Shown: positions 1 through 9,363 of the stretch, piece after piece
How positions within the stretch are numbered: position 1 is the stretch's first letter
Layout of the letters: each line of letters opens with the position of its first letter
Assembly (NCBI GenBank): GCA_964384035.1
Contig: CAYLIB010000007.1
Span: 18,769 to 82,768, forward strand
Direction of reading: 5' to 3'
Source: an uncultured Candidatus Saccharibacteria bacterium
GTDB lineage: Bacteria > Patescibacteriota > Doudnabacteria > UBA920
Length of the DNA stretch: 64,000 nucleotides
Program-made: the position numbers and the translations under genes
The notes under the pieces: model-generated
The model's input: only the letters and a program-made list of their open reading frames with translations
Told to the model about the DNA's origin: nothing
The model's database searches: none

Positions 1-2
1 CA

Positions 3-2252
3 CCGTTATTTTCTAGGAGGGCAAATGGTGCGCCATGTGTTGCTCAAATAGTAGTGGGTGCTGTAACCAACTATAATTTGCAATTTGATTCTGTAATTGG
101 GTCTGTAATGCAGGATGATAACACTAATCCTTCTGATAATACAGTTGGTAGTCCGATGATCCATCAGTATAAAATTCAGTTAATTAATTGTAGTGGTGCA
201 GCAGTTGCAAACGGTGTGCAATTAAAACCTTTGAATTTTAATGGTGTTACAGGTGCTGACTTTGGGTATTATGAGGAAACAAGTCCGGGTAATTATGTGC
301 TAAGGGGTCAAACTATTGCTATTGCTTGTAATCAAACAAGATATTTAAGGGTCAATGCGAGGGATGCATTAGCTCCTTTAAACCCAAATAATACACCTAC
401 AAACAATAGGTCTATTAACTTCTTGTCTGGAACACCAGGGGTTTCTGATAAACAGAACAATTTAGTTTTAACACTTTATGGAAGACCAAAGGTTACTGCA
501 TTTACTGCTACTCCAGCGAGTGTTACAGATATACAATCTTCAAACTTAGCTTGGACAACAGCCTTTGTACCGACAAATGGATTTTACTGTAACGGAACGG
601 CTGGTACAGGTGCTTGGTCAGGACCTAAGTTTAATAGCTTGAATTCCGGTGTTGCTGGAGGTACGTATGCTACTGGTAGTATGCCGGCAGGAAGTAGGAT
701 ATTTACTGTTGCTTGCGGAGTGTCTTTCAGAAATTCACTTTATTATTCTAATCCTGTTTCGATTACTATAAATGTAACCCCAAGTGGTTCTAATCAGCCG
801 GTAAATGTAATTGGAGATAATTCAGTTTGTGGAAAAATTACTGTGACTTGGCAAAAGCCAAGTACTGGACTAGCTCCTACAGGATATAAAGTGTATAAAT
901 TTAATGGTTCGAGCTGGGTGCAGATGGGTGCAACGGTAAATGTGACTAATGCGGCTCAGTTAAGCTACTCTTTAGTTGATCCTTCTCCAAGTGCTCAGAA
1001 CACTTATGCGGTCACGTCCCTTCAGGGAGTAGTGGAATCTGCCAGAACTCAGGCAAACAATAATCCGGTACCATTGGTTGTATGTGCGTCTAATCCTCCT
1101 GAATCGATACTTGCGAATAATGCGACTTGTGGAAAAATATTTATAGATTGGAAGAAGCCAAGTAGTGGAACTGCGCCAACCTCCTACAGGGTATATAGAT
1201 GGAATTCATCTACGAGTGTTTGGCAACCCATAGCTAATGTCTCGGTAAATAATGCTTCTGTGGTGGATTACAGGTTTGAAGATCCTTCGCCTTCTGCTAC
1301 AGGAAATAGATATGCTGTATCGTCGATTCAGGGAGCACAGGAGTCTGTGAAGGTTGCTGCAAGTAATAACCCAATAGACTTGCTCTCTTGTACACCAAAT
1401 GCCCCGGCTATAACAGGAACTTCAACAACTTGTGCTGGAATAACAATAAACTGGAATTACGGTGGAGCTATTGCTTTGAGTAGATTCAGGGTTTATAGAA
1501 ATAATGCGCAGATAGCTGAGGTTCCAGCAACTCAGTTTAGTTATCAAGATGCAACACCTATTTCCAGTAACAATTATCAGATCTCTGCGATCAGTACGAC
1601 CAATATTGAATCTAGTAAGTCGAACGCTGTGTCGCTAGGTTGGAGTGGCTGTGAGCCTAAGCTAGATGCTTCAAATAAGAGAATTCTTTCTGTAGATGGT
1701 GTGGTAAATAATTTTGCCACACAAAATCCATGTGATCCTAATTTTACGAAATTGGATTTGAAAACTAGGATAGATCAACCGGTTGTGTTTTTGATGAATA
1801 TCTGTAATAACGGCACAGCTCCTCTTGTCGCCGGTGCAACCCCAGCTAAATACGTTTTGATTGATGATACGAAGTTGACACATTTGAAAAAGAATGGGAA
1901 TAGTTGGAAAGTAAAGATTCAAGGGAATAACTGTACTCAGTTCCCGGTATGGTCGGCTCCTACATCTACTTCGCCTCAGTGTCAGTATCAGGATGTGTCA
2001 GGTGGCTTAAGGATTAGTTTAAGGAATGGATCTTTGCCCATAGGTGGAATATGGCAGTTACAGTTTGAAGCACTAACAACAGTGGGTCCTAATGAAAATG
2101 GAGATACTTTCTATTATGGAAATAAGGCTACAATTACTTATCCAAAAAACACACCTCCGAATGGCACAAAAGTAATAGACACTGGACTTAAGACATTTAT
2201 TAGAGGTAGTGGTGATGGGGTAAAGTTCATAGAGATTCCGCCGGGGAGCTAA
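3..2252 (+). CDS. Large surface/secreted protein with three Cys-bounded fibronectin-III-like repeats; 5' truncated by the window edge
   Basis: Frame is open from position 3. Protein is Asn/Ser/Thr/Pro-rich with three repeats of the form C-GKI-x-W..P..Y.VY..Y...D..P...N.Y.(V/I) (nt ~792-1652) and ends in FIEIPPGS. Confidence 0.7.
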   Translation, partial: PLFSRRANGAPCVAQIVVGAVTNYNLQFDSVIGSVMQDDNTNPSDNTVGSPMIHQYKIQLINCSGAAVANGVQLKPLNFNGVTGADFGYYEETSPGNYVLRGQTIAIACNQTRYLRVNARDALAPLNPNNTPTNNRSINFLSGTPGVSDKQNNLVLTLYGRPKVTAFTATPASVTDIQSSNLAWTTAFVPTNGFYCNGTAGTGAWSGPKFNSLNSGVAGGTYATGSMPAGSRIFTVACGVSFRNSLYYSNPVSITINVTPSGSNQPVNVIGDNSVCGKITVTWQKPSTGLAPTGYKVYKFNGSSWVQMGATVNVTNAAQLSYSLVDPSPSAQNTYAVTSLQGVVESARTQANNNPVPLVVCASNPPESILANNATCGKIFIDWKKPSSGTAPTSYRVYRWNSSTSVWQPIANVSVNNASVVDYRFEDPSPSATGNRYAVSSIQGAQESVKVAASNNPIDLLSCTPNAPAITGTSTTCAGITINWNYGGAIALSRFRVYRNNAQIAEVPATQFSYQDATPISSNNYQISAISTTNIESSKSNAVSLGWSGCEPKLDASNKRILSVDGVVNNFATQNPCDPNFTKLDLKTRIDQPVVFLMNICNNGTAPLVAGATPAKYVLIDDTKLTHLKKNGNSWKVKIQGNNCTQFPVWSAPTSTSPQCQYQDVSGGLRISLRNGSLPIGGIWQLQFEALTTVGPNENGDTFYYGNKATITYPKNTPPNGTKVIDTGLKTFIRGSGDGVKFIEIPPGS

Positions 2253-2260
2253 AAAACTAT

Positions 2261-2394
2261 GGGAAGGAAAACATGGTTTTCCGACTTGAGTTTGGGAACA
2301 GGAAAACCCTGATTCCCATCAAGAGTTCTCCCCATTACCCATCCTTTCCGCTGAATTTTTTTGGACACGGGAAACCCGGATCCCAAAAAAGCTA
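2261..2394. ncRNA. Unknown structured motif, copy 1
   Basis: Shares blocks AAGGAAA-CA(T/C)GGTTTTCCGA, TCAAGAGT, TCCTTTCCGCTGA and GACAC(G/A)GG with 2919-3079, with compensatory changes in the stems. Confidence 0.6.
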
Positions 2395-2421
2395 TAAACT
2401 TAAATCTCATTTAGTTTAGAT

Positions 2422-2450
2422 AAAAGACCCTTTAACAAGAGGGTCTTTTT
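2422..2450. terminator. Rho-independent terminator
   Basis: AAAAGACCC-N10-GGGTCTTTT hairpin with A/T tails. Confidence 0.75.
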
Positions 2451-2464
2451 GTATATAATATGTT

Positions 2465-2627
2465 AGAGTCTGTGCCGAATATCATTTTTGCCCAAAATGT
2501 GCACATTCGGCATCTTGCTCCAAAAAATTTTTAACCGTAATTAAATCATTACGCTGAAAAATTTTTTGAATCAATCTGCTCGAATATACGCATTTTGGTT
2601 CAAAAAGCATATTCGGCAAAAGACTCT
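2465..2627. repeat. 163-bp imperfect palindrome (MITE/REPIN-like) directly upstream of gatC
   Basis: AGAGTC-TGTGCCGAATAT...ATATTCGGCA-AA-AGACTCT, paired along nearly its whole length. Confidence 0.7.
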
Positions 2628-2629
2628 TT

Positions 2630-2911
2630 ATGCTTACTATAGAAGAAACTAAAAAAATAGCTGAATTGGCTCGGATAGAGCTTACGGAGGCTGAGTTGGT
2701 TAAGTTTTCGGGGGAACTATCTTCGGTTCTTGAATATGTTGAAGAGTTGAAGAAAGTGGATACTGAAGGAGTTGAGGTGCTCTCGACGGTTACTGGTCTA
2801 GAGAATGTGTCTAGAAAAGACGAAATAGAGAAATTAATTACTAGAGAAGTTTTATTTACTAATACTCCAGAGACAAAAGACGGACTAGTGAAGGTAAAGG
2901 CTATCTTGTAA
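2630..2911 (+). CDS. gatC: Asp/Glu-tRNA amidotransferase subunit C
   Basis: IAELARIEL...VDTEGVE...VKVKAIL signature; upstream of gatA and gatB. Confidence 0.95.
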   Translation: MLTIEETKKIAELARIELTEAELVKFSGELSSVLEYVEELKKVDTEGVEVLSTVTGLENVSRKDEIEKLITREVLFTNTPETKDGLVKVKAIL

Positions 2912-2918
2912 AAAAAAT

Positions 2919-3079
2919 GAAAAGGAAACACGGTTTTCCGATTAGAGCAGGGTCAGGCATAATCATCATCGGGCAAAGCCCGAGACTCCTAAGCCTGCTT
3001 CCTTCAAGAGTGCTTCTCGTGACTTCTCCTTTCCGCTGATTTTCCCCCGACACAGGGAACTTAGATTGGGGGAAGGCTA
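2919..3079. ncRNA. Unknown structured motif, copy 2
   Basis: Homologous to 2261-2394 but with a longer variable hairpin (TCGGGC-AAA-GCCCGA). Confidence 0.6.
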
Positions 3080-3114
3080 AGGCTTAAAAGACAGAAAATA
3101 ATTGCAATAGAAAA

Positions 3115-4605
3115 ATGGAAAACTTTGAATATTTAGAATTATCTGAGTTAAGAAAATTATTGGATGAAAAGAAGGTTAGCTCGCTTGAGCTGACTGAGTA
3201 TTTTTTGAAACGTATAGAAAGCATTAATCCTAAGCTTAATGCTTATTTAACTGTTTGTTCAGAAGAGGCAAGAGAAGATGCTAAGCGGGCTGATGCATAT
3301 ATTGCTGCTCCAGGTGAAAATCCATTGTTATGCGGTATTCCTTATGCTGCGAAGGATTTATTTTTAACACGAGGGATTAGAACGACAGCTTCCTCTAGAA
3401 TATTGGAAAATTATATTGCTCCCTATGATGCAACTGCAGTTGTTAAAGTTAAAGAGCAGTACGGCGTGTTATTAGGTAAAACAAATTTGGATGAGTTTGC
3501 TCATGGTTCAAGTACGGAGACTTCAGCTTTTGGATCCAGTCGTAATCCTTGGGATTTAAGCCGTAACCCAGGTGGGTCTTCGGGGGGTTCTTCCTCGGCT
3601 GTTTCAGCGGGTATTGCTCCATGGTCACTTGCTACTGAAACCGGAGGTAGTATCCGTCAACCAGCAAGTCTTACAGGTACATCCGGTTGGAAACCAACAT
3701 ATGGCAGGGTTAGTCGTTATGGTGTTATTGCTATGGCTTCATCCTTAGATAGTATTGGTGTTATAGGAAACTCTGTTCGTGATTTAGCCATGCTCGCGAG
3801 TGTAATTTCGGGTAAGGACGATAGAGATTCTACTACTGGAAGTGTAGAGGTTGGTAATTATTATAGAAATATCGACACAAATGTTAAGGGGGTTAAAATA
3901 GGTGTTCCGGAAGAATACTTTGTTTCAGGTATGGAAGAAGGGGTTAGAAAGGCTATAGAAGCTGGTATAGAAAAATATAGAGAGATGGGGGCCGAGATCG
4001 TACCGGTGAGTTTACCATTGACCAAATATGGTTCTTTAGTATATGCAATAATTTGCCCTAGTGAGGTTTCTTCAAATTTAATGCGTTATGATGGGATTCG
4101 TTATGGTCATATATCGGGGAAAGCAAATACCTTAGCTGAAGTTTATGCTAAGTCTAGAGGTGAAGGTTTTGGTGATGAGGCTAAGAGAAGAGTGATGACG
4201 GGTACTTATGTTCTATCTGCCGGATATTACGATGCATATTATAAGAAAGCCCAGAAGGTTAGAAGGCTTATTCTTAATGAATTTATAGACGTATTTAAAA
4301 AAGTGGATTTACTAGCCTGCGCTTCTACCCCAAATGTAGCATTGCCTATCGGGGAAGCAAAAGATAATCCATTGTTTGGTTACATTGCTGACCAATTGAA
4401 TATTCCTTCAAGTCTTGCAGGATTGCCTGGTATTTCCATGCCTTGTGGGTTTAGTAAGCCAACTACAGGTGCTGATCAAATGAATGATATGCCTGTAGGA
4501 TTGCAATTGATAGGTCCACAGTGGAGTGAGCAATTGTTGTTTAATGTGGGAGTTGCTTACCAAGATGCTACGGAACATCATAAAAGACATCCGAATATAG
4601 AATAA
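3115..4605 (+). CDS. gatA: Asp/Glu-tRNA amidotransferase subunit A
   Basis: Amidase signature GGSSGGSS, ETGGSIRQPAS, KPTYGRVSRYG, YYDAYYKKAQ. Confidence 0.97.
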   Translation: MENFEYLELSELRKLLDEKKVSSLELTEYFLKRIESINPKLNAYLTVCSEEAREDAKRADAYIAAPGENPLLCGIPYAAKDLFLTRGIRTTASSRILENYIAPYDATAVVKVKEQYGVLLGKTNLDEFAHGSSTETSAFGSSRNPWDLSRNPGGSSGGSSSAVSAGIAPWSLATETGGSIRQPASLTGTSGWKPTYGRVSRYGVIAMASSLDSIGVIGNSVRDLAMLASVISGKDDRDSTTGSVEVGNYYRNIDTNVKGVKIGVPEEYFVSGMEEGVRKAIEAGIEKYREMGAEIVPVSLPLTKYGSLVYAIICPSEVSSNLMRYDGIRYGHISGKANTLAEVYAKSRGEGFGDEAKRRVMTGTYVLSAGYYDAYYKKAQKVRRLILNEFIDVFKKVDLLACASTPNVALPIGEAKDNPLFGYIADQLNIPSSLAGLPGISMPCGFSKPTTGADQMNDMPVGLQLIGPQWSEQLLFNVGVAYQDATEHHKRHPNIE

Positions 4606-4630
4606 CGAATAAAGAATGAACAATAATGAA
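4593..4630 (+). repeat. Heptamer tandem repeat spanning the gatA stop and gatB start
   Basis: GAATATA GAATAAC GAATAAA GAATGAA CAATAAT GAA. Confidence 0.7.
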
Positions 4631-6136
4631 GATTTAAATACATATAGAACAGTAGTTGGGTGTGAGATACATGTTCAGCTTAAGACTAAAACCAAAATGT
4701 TTAGTCCTGCTGCAAACAATCCTGATGAAAAAGAACCTAACACTAATATTGATGAAATTGTAACCGGTCAACCAGGAAGTCTTCCTGTTTTAAATGAGGA
4801 AGCGGTAAGGTTGGGTGTTGCTTTAGGTTTGGCTTTGAACTGTGAAATACCGGAATATTCTAAATTTGATAGGAAGCATTATTTTTATCCTGATTTACCT
4901 AAGGGTTATCAGATTTCTCAATTAGATGAACCTATTGCTAAGAATGGATGGGTAGAGATAGAAGTCGAGGGTAAGAAAAAACGCATTGGGATAACAAGGG
5001 CGCACTTAGAAGAAGATGCGGGAAAGAATGTTCATCCAGAAGGCTTACCTTATAGTTTGGTTGATTATAACAGAGCTGGAGCCCCGCTCCTCGAGATTGT
5101 TACTGAGCCTGATATTGAGTCTGCGTTGGAGGCTAGGATATTTTTGCAAGAGCTGCAAAATATTGTTAGGTATGTTGGTGCGGGAAGTGCAGATATGGAG
5201 AAGGGGACCATGCGATGTGAGCCAAATATTTCTGTGCGTAAACCAGGTGAAATTGAGCTACCTAAATACAAGGTTGAGGTAAAAAATATAAATTCTTTTA
5301 AGTTTGCGGAGGCAGCTATTAATTATGAGGTAAATAGGCATACAGATATACTTAAAGAAGGTGGTCAGCCGCGTCAGGTTACGATGGGTTGGAATGAAAA
5401 AGGTGGGTTTACTGTAGAACAAAGAAGTAAAGAAGAAGCAAATGACTATAGGTATTTTCCTGATCCCGATTTGCCAATTTTACATTTTTCGAGAGATTTT
5501 GTTGAAAATTTGAAAAATAATTTACCGGAATTACCAAACGCAAAAAGAGTTAGGTTTAAGAATGCATTTTCATTACCAGATGCTGATATTGATAATTTAA
5601 TTGCATGGAAAGATCTAAATGAATTTTTTGAAAATACAATTTCTGAACTTGAGCTTTGGGTAAAAGATGAAGGTTTGCTAGGCGAAGAAGTTATGAATAA
5701 ACTTACCAAGCAATGTGCTAACTGGTGCTTGCAGGATTTTTCTGCTCTTTTGAATGCAAAGCAAATGAATCCTTTTGATAGTAAGCTTACTCCGGAGAAT
5801 CTAGCTGAAATGGTTGTTTTGATCGAAAAAGGTAAGATTTCTAAATCTGCAGGAAAAGAAGTATTAAAAGTTATGTTTGAAAAAGGCGGAGAACCGGATT
5901 CTATTGTGATGGATTTAGGGCTTGTACAAACCAGTGATGAGGGTGAGATCTCGGTAGTGATAGATAAGGTTCTCGGAGAAAATCCTAAAGCAGTCGAAGA
6001 CTATTTATCAGGTCAGCAAAGGAGTTTTGGTTTTCTGGTAGGTCAAAGTATGAAGGCGTTGGCTGGAAAGGGTAATCCCGAGGTGGTAAATGGGATACTT
6101 CGAAAAAAATTGGATGATAAAAAGACCGCGAGTTAA
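4616..6136 (+). CDS. gatB: Asp/Glu-tRNA amidotransferase subunit B
   Basis: EIHVQL, FDRKHYFYPDLPKGYQISQ, HLEEDAGK, RSKEEANDYRYFPDPDL. Confidence 0.97.
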   Translation: MNNNEDLNTYRTVVGCEIHVQLKTKTKMFSPAANNPDEKEPNTNIDEIVTGQPGSLPVLNEEAVRLGVALGLALNCEIPEYSKFDRKHYFYPDLPKGYQISQLDEPIAKNGWVEIEVEGKKKRIGITRAHLEEDAGKNVHPEGLPYSLVDYNRAGAPLLEIVTEPDIESALEARIFLQELQNIVRYVGAGSADMEKGTMRCEPNISVRKPGEIELPKYKVEVKNINSFKFAEAAINYEVNRHTDILKEGGQPRQVTMGWNEKGGFTVEQRSKEEANDYRYFPDPDLPILHFSRDFVENLKNNLPELPNAKRVRFKNAFSLPDADIDNLIAWKDLNEFFENTISELELWVKDEGLLGEEVMNKLTKQCANWCLQDFSALLNAKQMNPFDSKLTPENLAEMVVLIEKGKISKSAGKEVLKVMFEKGGEPDSIVMDLGLVQTSDEGEISVVIDKVLGENPKAVEDYLSGQQRSFGFLVGQSMKALAGKGNPEVVNGILRKKLDDKKTAS

Positions 6137-7152
6137 TTGATTCGCGGTTCTTCTTTTAAGTAGACTTTATACCCGTAAGATCCTAATCCTTCTGTTAATT
6201 CTTGTTTGGCTGAATTAAGTCTCTCTAAATCTCCACAGCCTTTGGGGTAGAGGATTACTAGAGATGTATTAATTTTGGAATCTGTGATTTTAGATTGGAA
6301 TCTTATTTCTGTGGCTAGGTAAGAAAATTTACCTTTTGTTTCCATTTGGGATTTAATTTTTTTTACTAAATCTTCAAGGAAATAAGGAAGTGCATACTCT
6401 TCCAAATAAGCTAGTCTGATCAAAGCGATTCGGTTTTCGGGTAGAAGTAATAGAAAACCTTTAGTGCTTGCATGCCCTCTTTCGATTTTGGGTGTTGGGA
6501 AAAGTTGCTCCAAGTCTGATTCAAATAAATTATATTCAAATATGGCTTGTGGGTTACCTTTTTTGTTCGTTTGTAATTTGAGGGTTATTGAGGTGGTATG
6601 GAATAAATATACGTTACCTAAAAGAATACTTTGATTTTTTTTCTGTTTGGGCTTGGTCTCAAGTTTACATTCGAACGCCGGTAATTCCCGTCTTAGCTCT
6701 TCTTTGATGATTTTTCGAACTTTTTCTTCAGTGTCAGGGTCTTTGGAATCGGATGATAGGGTTACCGAATAACGAGGGGGAAGGTTTTCAAAATATTCCG
6801 ATTTAAACTTAGCTTGAAGGCATAATTTTGGAACGAGACTCATTGGTAAATTGTATTCTTTTTTAAAGGCCTCGCCCATTATGAGGGCTGTTTCCAGGTC
6901 AAGATTCGAGTGGTCTTTTTTTACGAAAAGTATTATGTGGGTTTCTTCATTGAATTCATGAACTAAAACACCCCCGGTATTTTCGGTGACAGGATTATGT
7001 TTGGTTACTTCACCAAACATCCTTTTTAACCCTTTTAGGATAAGATCAGCAGAGAGGGATTTCAGATGTATTCCTTGTATAGCTTGTTCTGTTTTTATGG
7101 CTAGGCTGGGAGAGCTTAGCTCGACAGTAAATGGATAAAAGTTGGTATTCAT
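6133..7152 (-). CDS. Hypothetical protein (orphan) with its own promoter and SD
   Basis: 339-aa ORF; AGGAGG 7 nt before the ATG; TTGACA-N17-AATAAT upstream. Confidence 0.75.
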   Translation of the reverse strand: MNTNFYPFTVELSSPSLAIKTEQAIQGIHLKSLSADLILKGLKRMFGEVTKHNPVTENTGGVLVHEFNEETHIILFVKKDHSNLDLETALIMGEAFKKEYNLPMSLVPKLCLQAKFKSEYFENLPPRYSVTLSSDSKDPDTEEKVRKIIKEELRRELPAFECKLETKPKQKKNQSILLGNVYLFHTTSITLKLQTNKKGNPQAIFEYNLFESDLEQLFPTPKIERGHASTKGFLLLLPENRIALIRLAYLEEYALPYFLEDLVKKIKSQMETKGKFSYLATEIRFQSKITDSKINTSLVILYPKGCGDLERLNSAKQELTEGLGSYGYKVYLKEEPRIN

Positions 7153-7212
7153 GATTAATCCTCCTATTTTTTGAAATTTAGATCATTGACTATGATGACT
7201 GTAAGATTTTTA

Positions 7213-7241
7213 ATTATTCAATTTAATTACAAGCCTGTCAA
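7213..7241 (-). promoter_or_regulatory. sigma70-like promoter of the orphan at 6133-7152
   Basis: TTGACA-N17-AATAAT on the minus strand. Confidence 0.6.
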
Positions 7242-7286
7242 TTTTATTTGAGTTATAGACGCTAGAGTAGTTTATAATAATATTAT

Positions 7287-8456
7287 ATGGAAATAGACAA
7301 AGATGGATTTTTATGGGGAGCCGCGATTTCAGCCCACCAGACGGAAGGTGATAACACTAACAGTGATTGGTGGTACTTTGAACAAATAGGAAAACTACCT
7401 AAATCTGGAAAAGCGTGTGAGCATTATAAGAGGTTTTCAGAAGATTTTGCCATGGCAAAAGAGATCGGGCTCAATGCTATGAGGATATCGATAGAATGGG
7501 CGAGGGTAGAACCTGAGGAGGGGATTTATGATCTTGCTCAAATAAAACATTATTCAGAGGTATTGCAGGATTTAGGGAATAAGGGGATTAAAAGATTTCT
7601 TACTTTACATCATTTCTCTTTACCACTTTGGGCGGCAAAGAAAGGAGGGTTTTTAAACAAGTCAGTTATAGATAGTTTTGTAAATTTTTCAGGACTGGTG
7701 GTGAAAGAGTTGGGTGAGAAAACAGATTTTTTATGTACGATTAATGAACCAGAGGTTCACGCTCTTCTTTCCTATATAAGAGGTGTTCATCCTCCTTTTA
7801 GAAAAAATCCTTTGGTGGCTTTGAGGTATTTATTAAAATTGGTAAAAGTTCATAATAAGGTTTTTACAGAAGTGAAAAGAATAAAATCAGATTTACCAGT
7901 AGGGATTGTAAAAAATAATGTCTATTATGAACCAAATCAAATAAACAATTTTTTTGATAATTTCGTTTGTTCTGTGGCTAACTTTTTGGGGAATGATTTA
8001 CTTCTTTATATGGTTAGAAAAAAATCCGATTTTATAGGATTGAATTATTATTTTACAAATACACTTAGGTTATCGTTAAAAGGGGTAAGAGTTGAAAATA
8101 AAAATGTACCTAAATCGGATATGGGTTGGAGAACATATCCGCCTGGGTTGTATTTTTTACTTTTGGATTTAAAGAAATATAATTTACCAGTGTATATAAC
8201 TGAAAATGGTATAGCGGATTCAGAGGATAATATGCGGGGAAGATTTATTACAGAACATATCGAGTCAGTGATGAAAGCTAAGAACGAGGGGGTTGATGTT
8301 AGGGGGTATCTGTATTGGTCATTGATAGATAACTATGAGTGGCATGATGGTTATGGTCCTAGATTTGGGCTTATTCATGTTGACTATTCTACTCAAGAAA
8401 GAAAGATTAGGGAGAGTGCAAAGCTTTATAAGGAATTAATACAATCAAATGGATAA
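7287..8456 (+). CDS. Glycoside hydrolase family 1 (beta-glucosidase-like)
   Basis: FLWGAAISAHQTEG, catalytic TINEP and YITENG, WSLIDNYEW. Confidence 0.93.
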   Translation: MEIDKDGFLWGAAISAHQTEGDNTNSDWWYFEQIGKLPKSGKACEHYKRFSEDFAMAKEIGLNAMRISIEWARVEPEEGIYDLAQIKHYSEVLQDLGNKGIKRFLTLHHFSLPLWAAKKGGFLNKSVIDSFVNFSGLVVKELGEKTDFLCTINEPEVHALLSYIRGVHPPFRKNPLVALRYLLKLVKVHNKVFTEVKRIKSDLPVGIVKNNVYYEPNQINNFFDNFVCSVANFLGNDLLLYMVRKKSDFIGLNYYFTNTLRLSLKGVRVENKNVPKSDMGWRTYPPGLYFLLLDLKKYNLPVYITENGIADSEDNMRGRFITEHIESVMKAKNEGVDVRGYLYWSLIDNYEWHDGYGPRFGLIHVDYSTQERKIRESAKLYKELIQSNG

Positions 8457-9348
8457 TTGGGTAATATTGGCAATAGTGGCGTACTTATTTAATGCTGTTA
8501 ATGGTGTAGTGGATAAGTTTATGCTTAGTAAGACCGTGAGGCATCCGGTGGTTTATGCTTTTTATACCGGTGTGACTTCTTTATTTGTGTTATTACTCAT
8601 TCCTTTTGGGGTACATGTACCAAGTGGTTTGGGGATATTTTTCTCGTTGGTTGGTGGGGCCGCGTTTTCTGTAGCTTTGTACTTTTTGTATAGTGCCATA
8701 CAGGCAACTAGTGTCTCTAGAGTGTTGCCAATAGAAGGTGGGTTTATACCAATGTTTACTTTGGTTTTAGCATATTTTATTTTGGGAGAAAGGTTGTCTG
8801 AGTATCAGTATTTTGCCTTTGTTTTTTTGGTTTTTGGTGCGGTGTTGATTTCAATTAGGAAGGATGAAGCTAAAGGTGGATTTCACCCACAGGCGTTGGC
8901 TTCTTCTTTATTGGCAGCTGTGTTTTTTTCTATATCTTTTGTATTTTCGAAGTTTGTGTATAGTGATTCAGGTTTTTTAACAGGCCTTGTTTGGACAAGA
9001 TTAGGAATGGGTCTCATGGCTTTAGCTTTTTTGATACCTAAAGCTAATAGACAACATGTTTTTAGTACAGGAGAGAAGGCGAGTTCAGGAAGTAAATTGT
9101 TGTTTTATGGTTCTAAAGTAGCAGGTGGCGTAGGGGGATTGATGGAGAATTATGCGATTAGTATTGGTTCTGTAACATTAGTTAAGGCGATGCAAGGAAC
9201 ACAGTATGTTTTTTTACTTTTACTCACTAGTTTTTTGACAATTTATTTTCCTAAAATTTTAAAAGAAAAAATTACCTTGGCTATACTGATTCAAAAATTA
9301 TTAGCCATAGGGTTTATAACCATTGGTTTAATACTTTTAACAAAATAA
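8449..9348 (+). CDS. EamA/DMT-family transporter
   Basis: About ten hydrophobic segments in two repeats; LAYFILGERLS motif. Confidence 0.8.
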   Translation: MDNWVILAIVAYLFNAVNGVVDKFMLSKTVRHPVVYAFYTGVTSLFVLLLIPFGVHVPSGLGIFFSLVGGAAFSVALYFLYSAIQATSVSRVLPIEGGFIPMFTLVLAYFILGERLSEYQYFAFVFLVFGAVLISIRKDEAKGGFHPQALASSLLAAVFFSISFVFSKFVYSDSGFLTGLVWTRLGMGLMALAFLIPKANRQHVFSTGEKASSGSKLLFYGSKVAGGVGGLMENYAISIGSVTLVKAMQGTQYVFLLLLTSFLTIYFPKILKEKITLAILIQKLLAIGFITIGLILLTK

Positions 9349-9363
9349 AAAAGAAATAGGACA

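Noticed and set aside
2465-2627. 6S RNA
   Set aside because: Size and promoter position fit, but there is no large central bubble and the core resembles the MITE-like element at 25143.
2940-3010. SRP RNA (GAAGGAAGCAG on the minus strand, GGTCAGG on the plus strand)
   Set aside because: The two halves of the helix-8 motif are on opposite strands, so the CAGG-GNRA-AGCAG hairpin cannot form.
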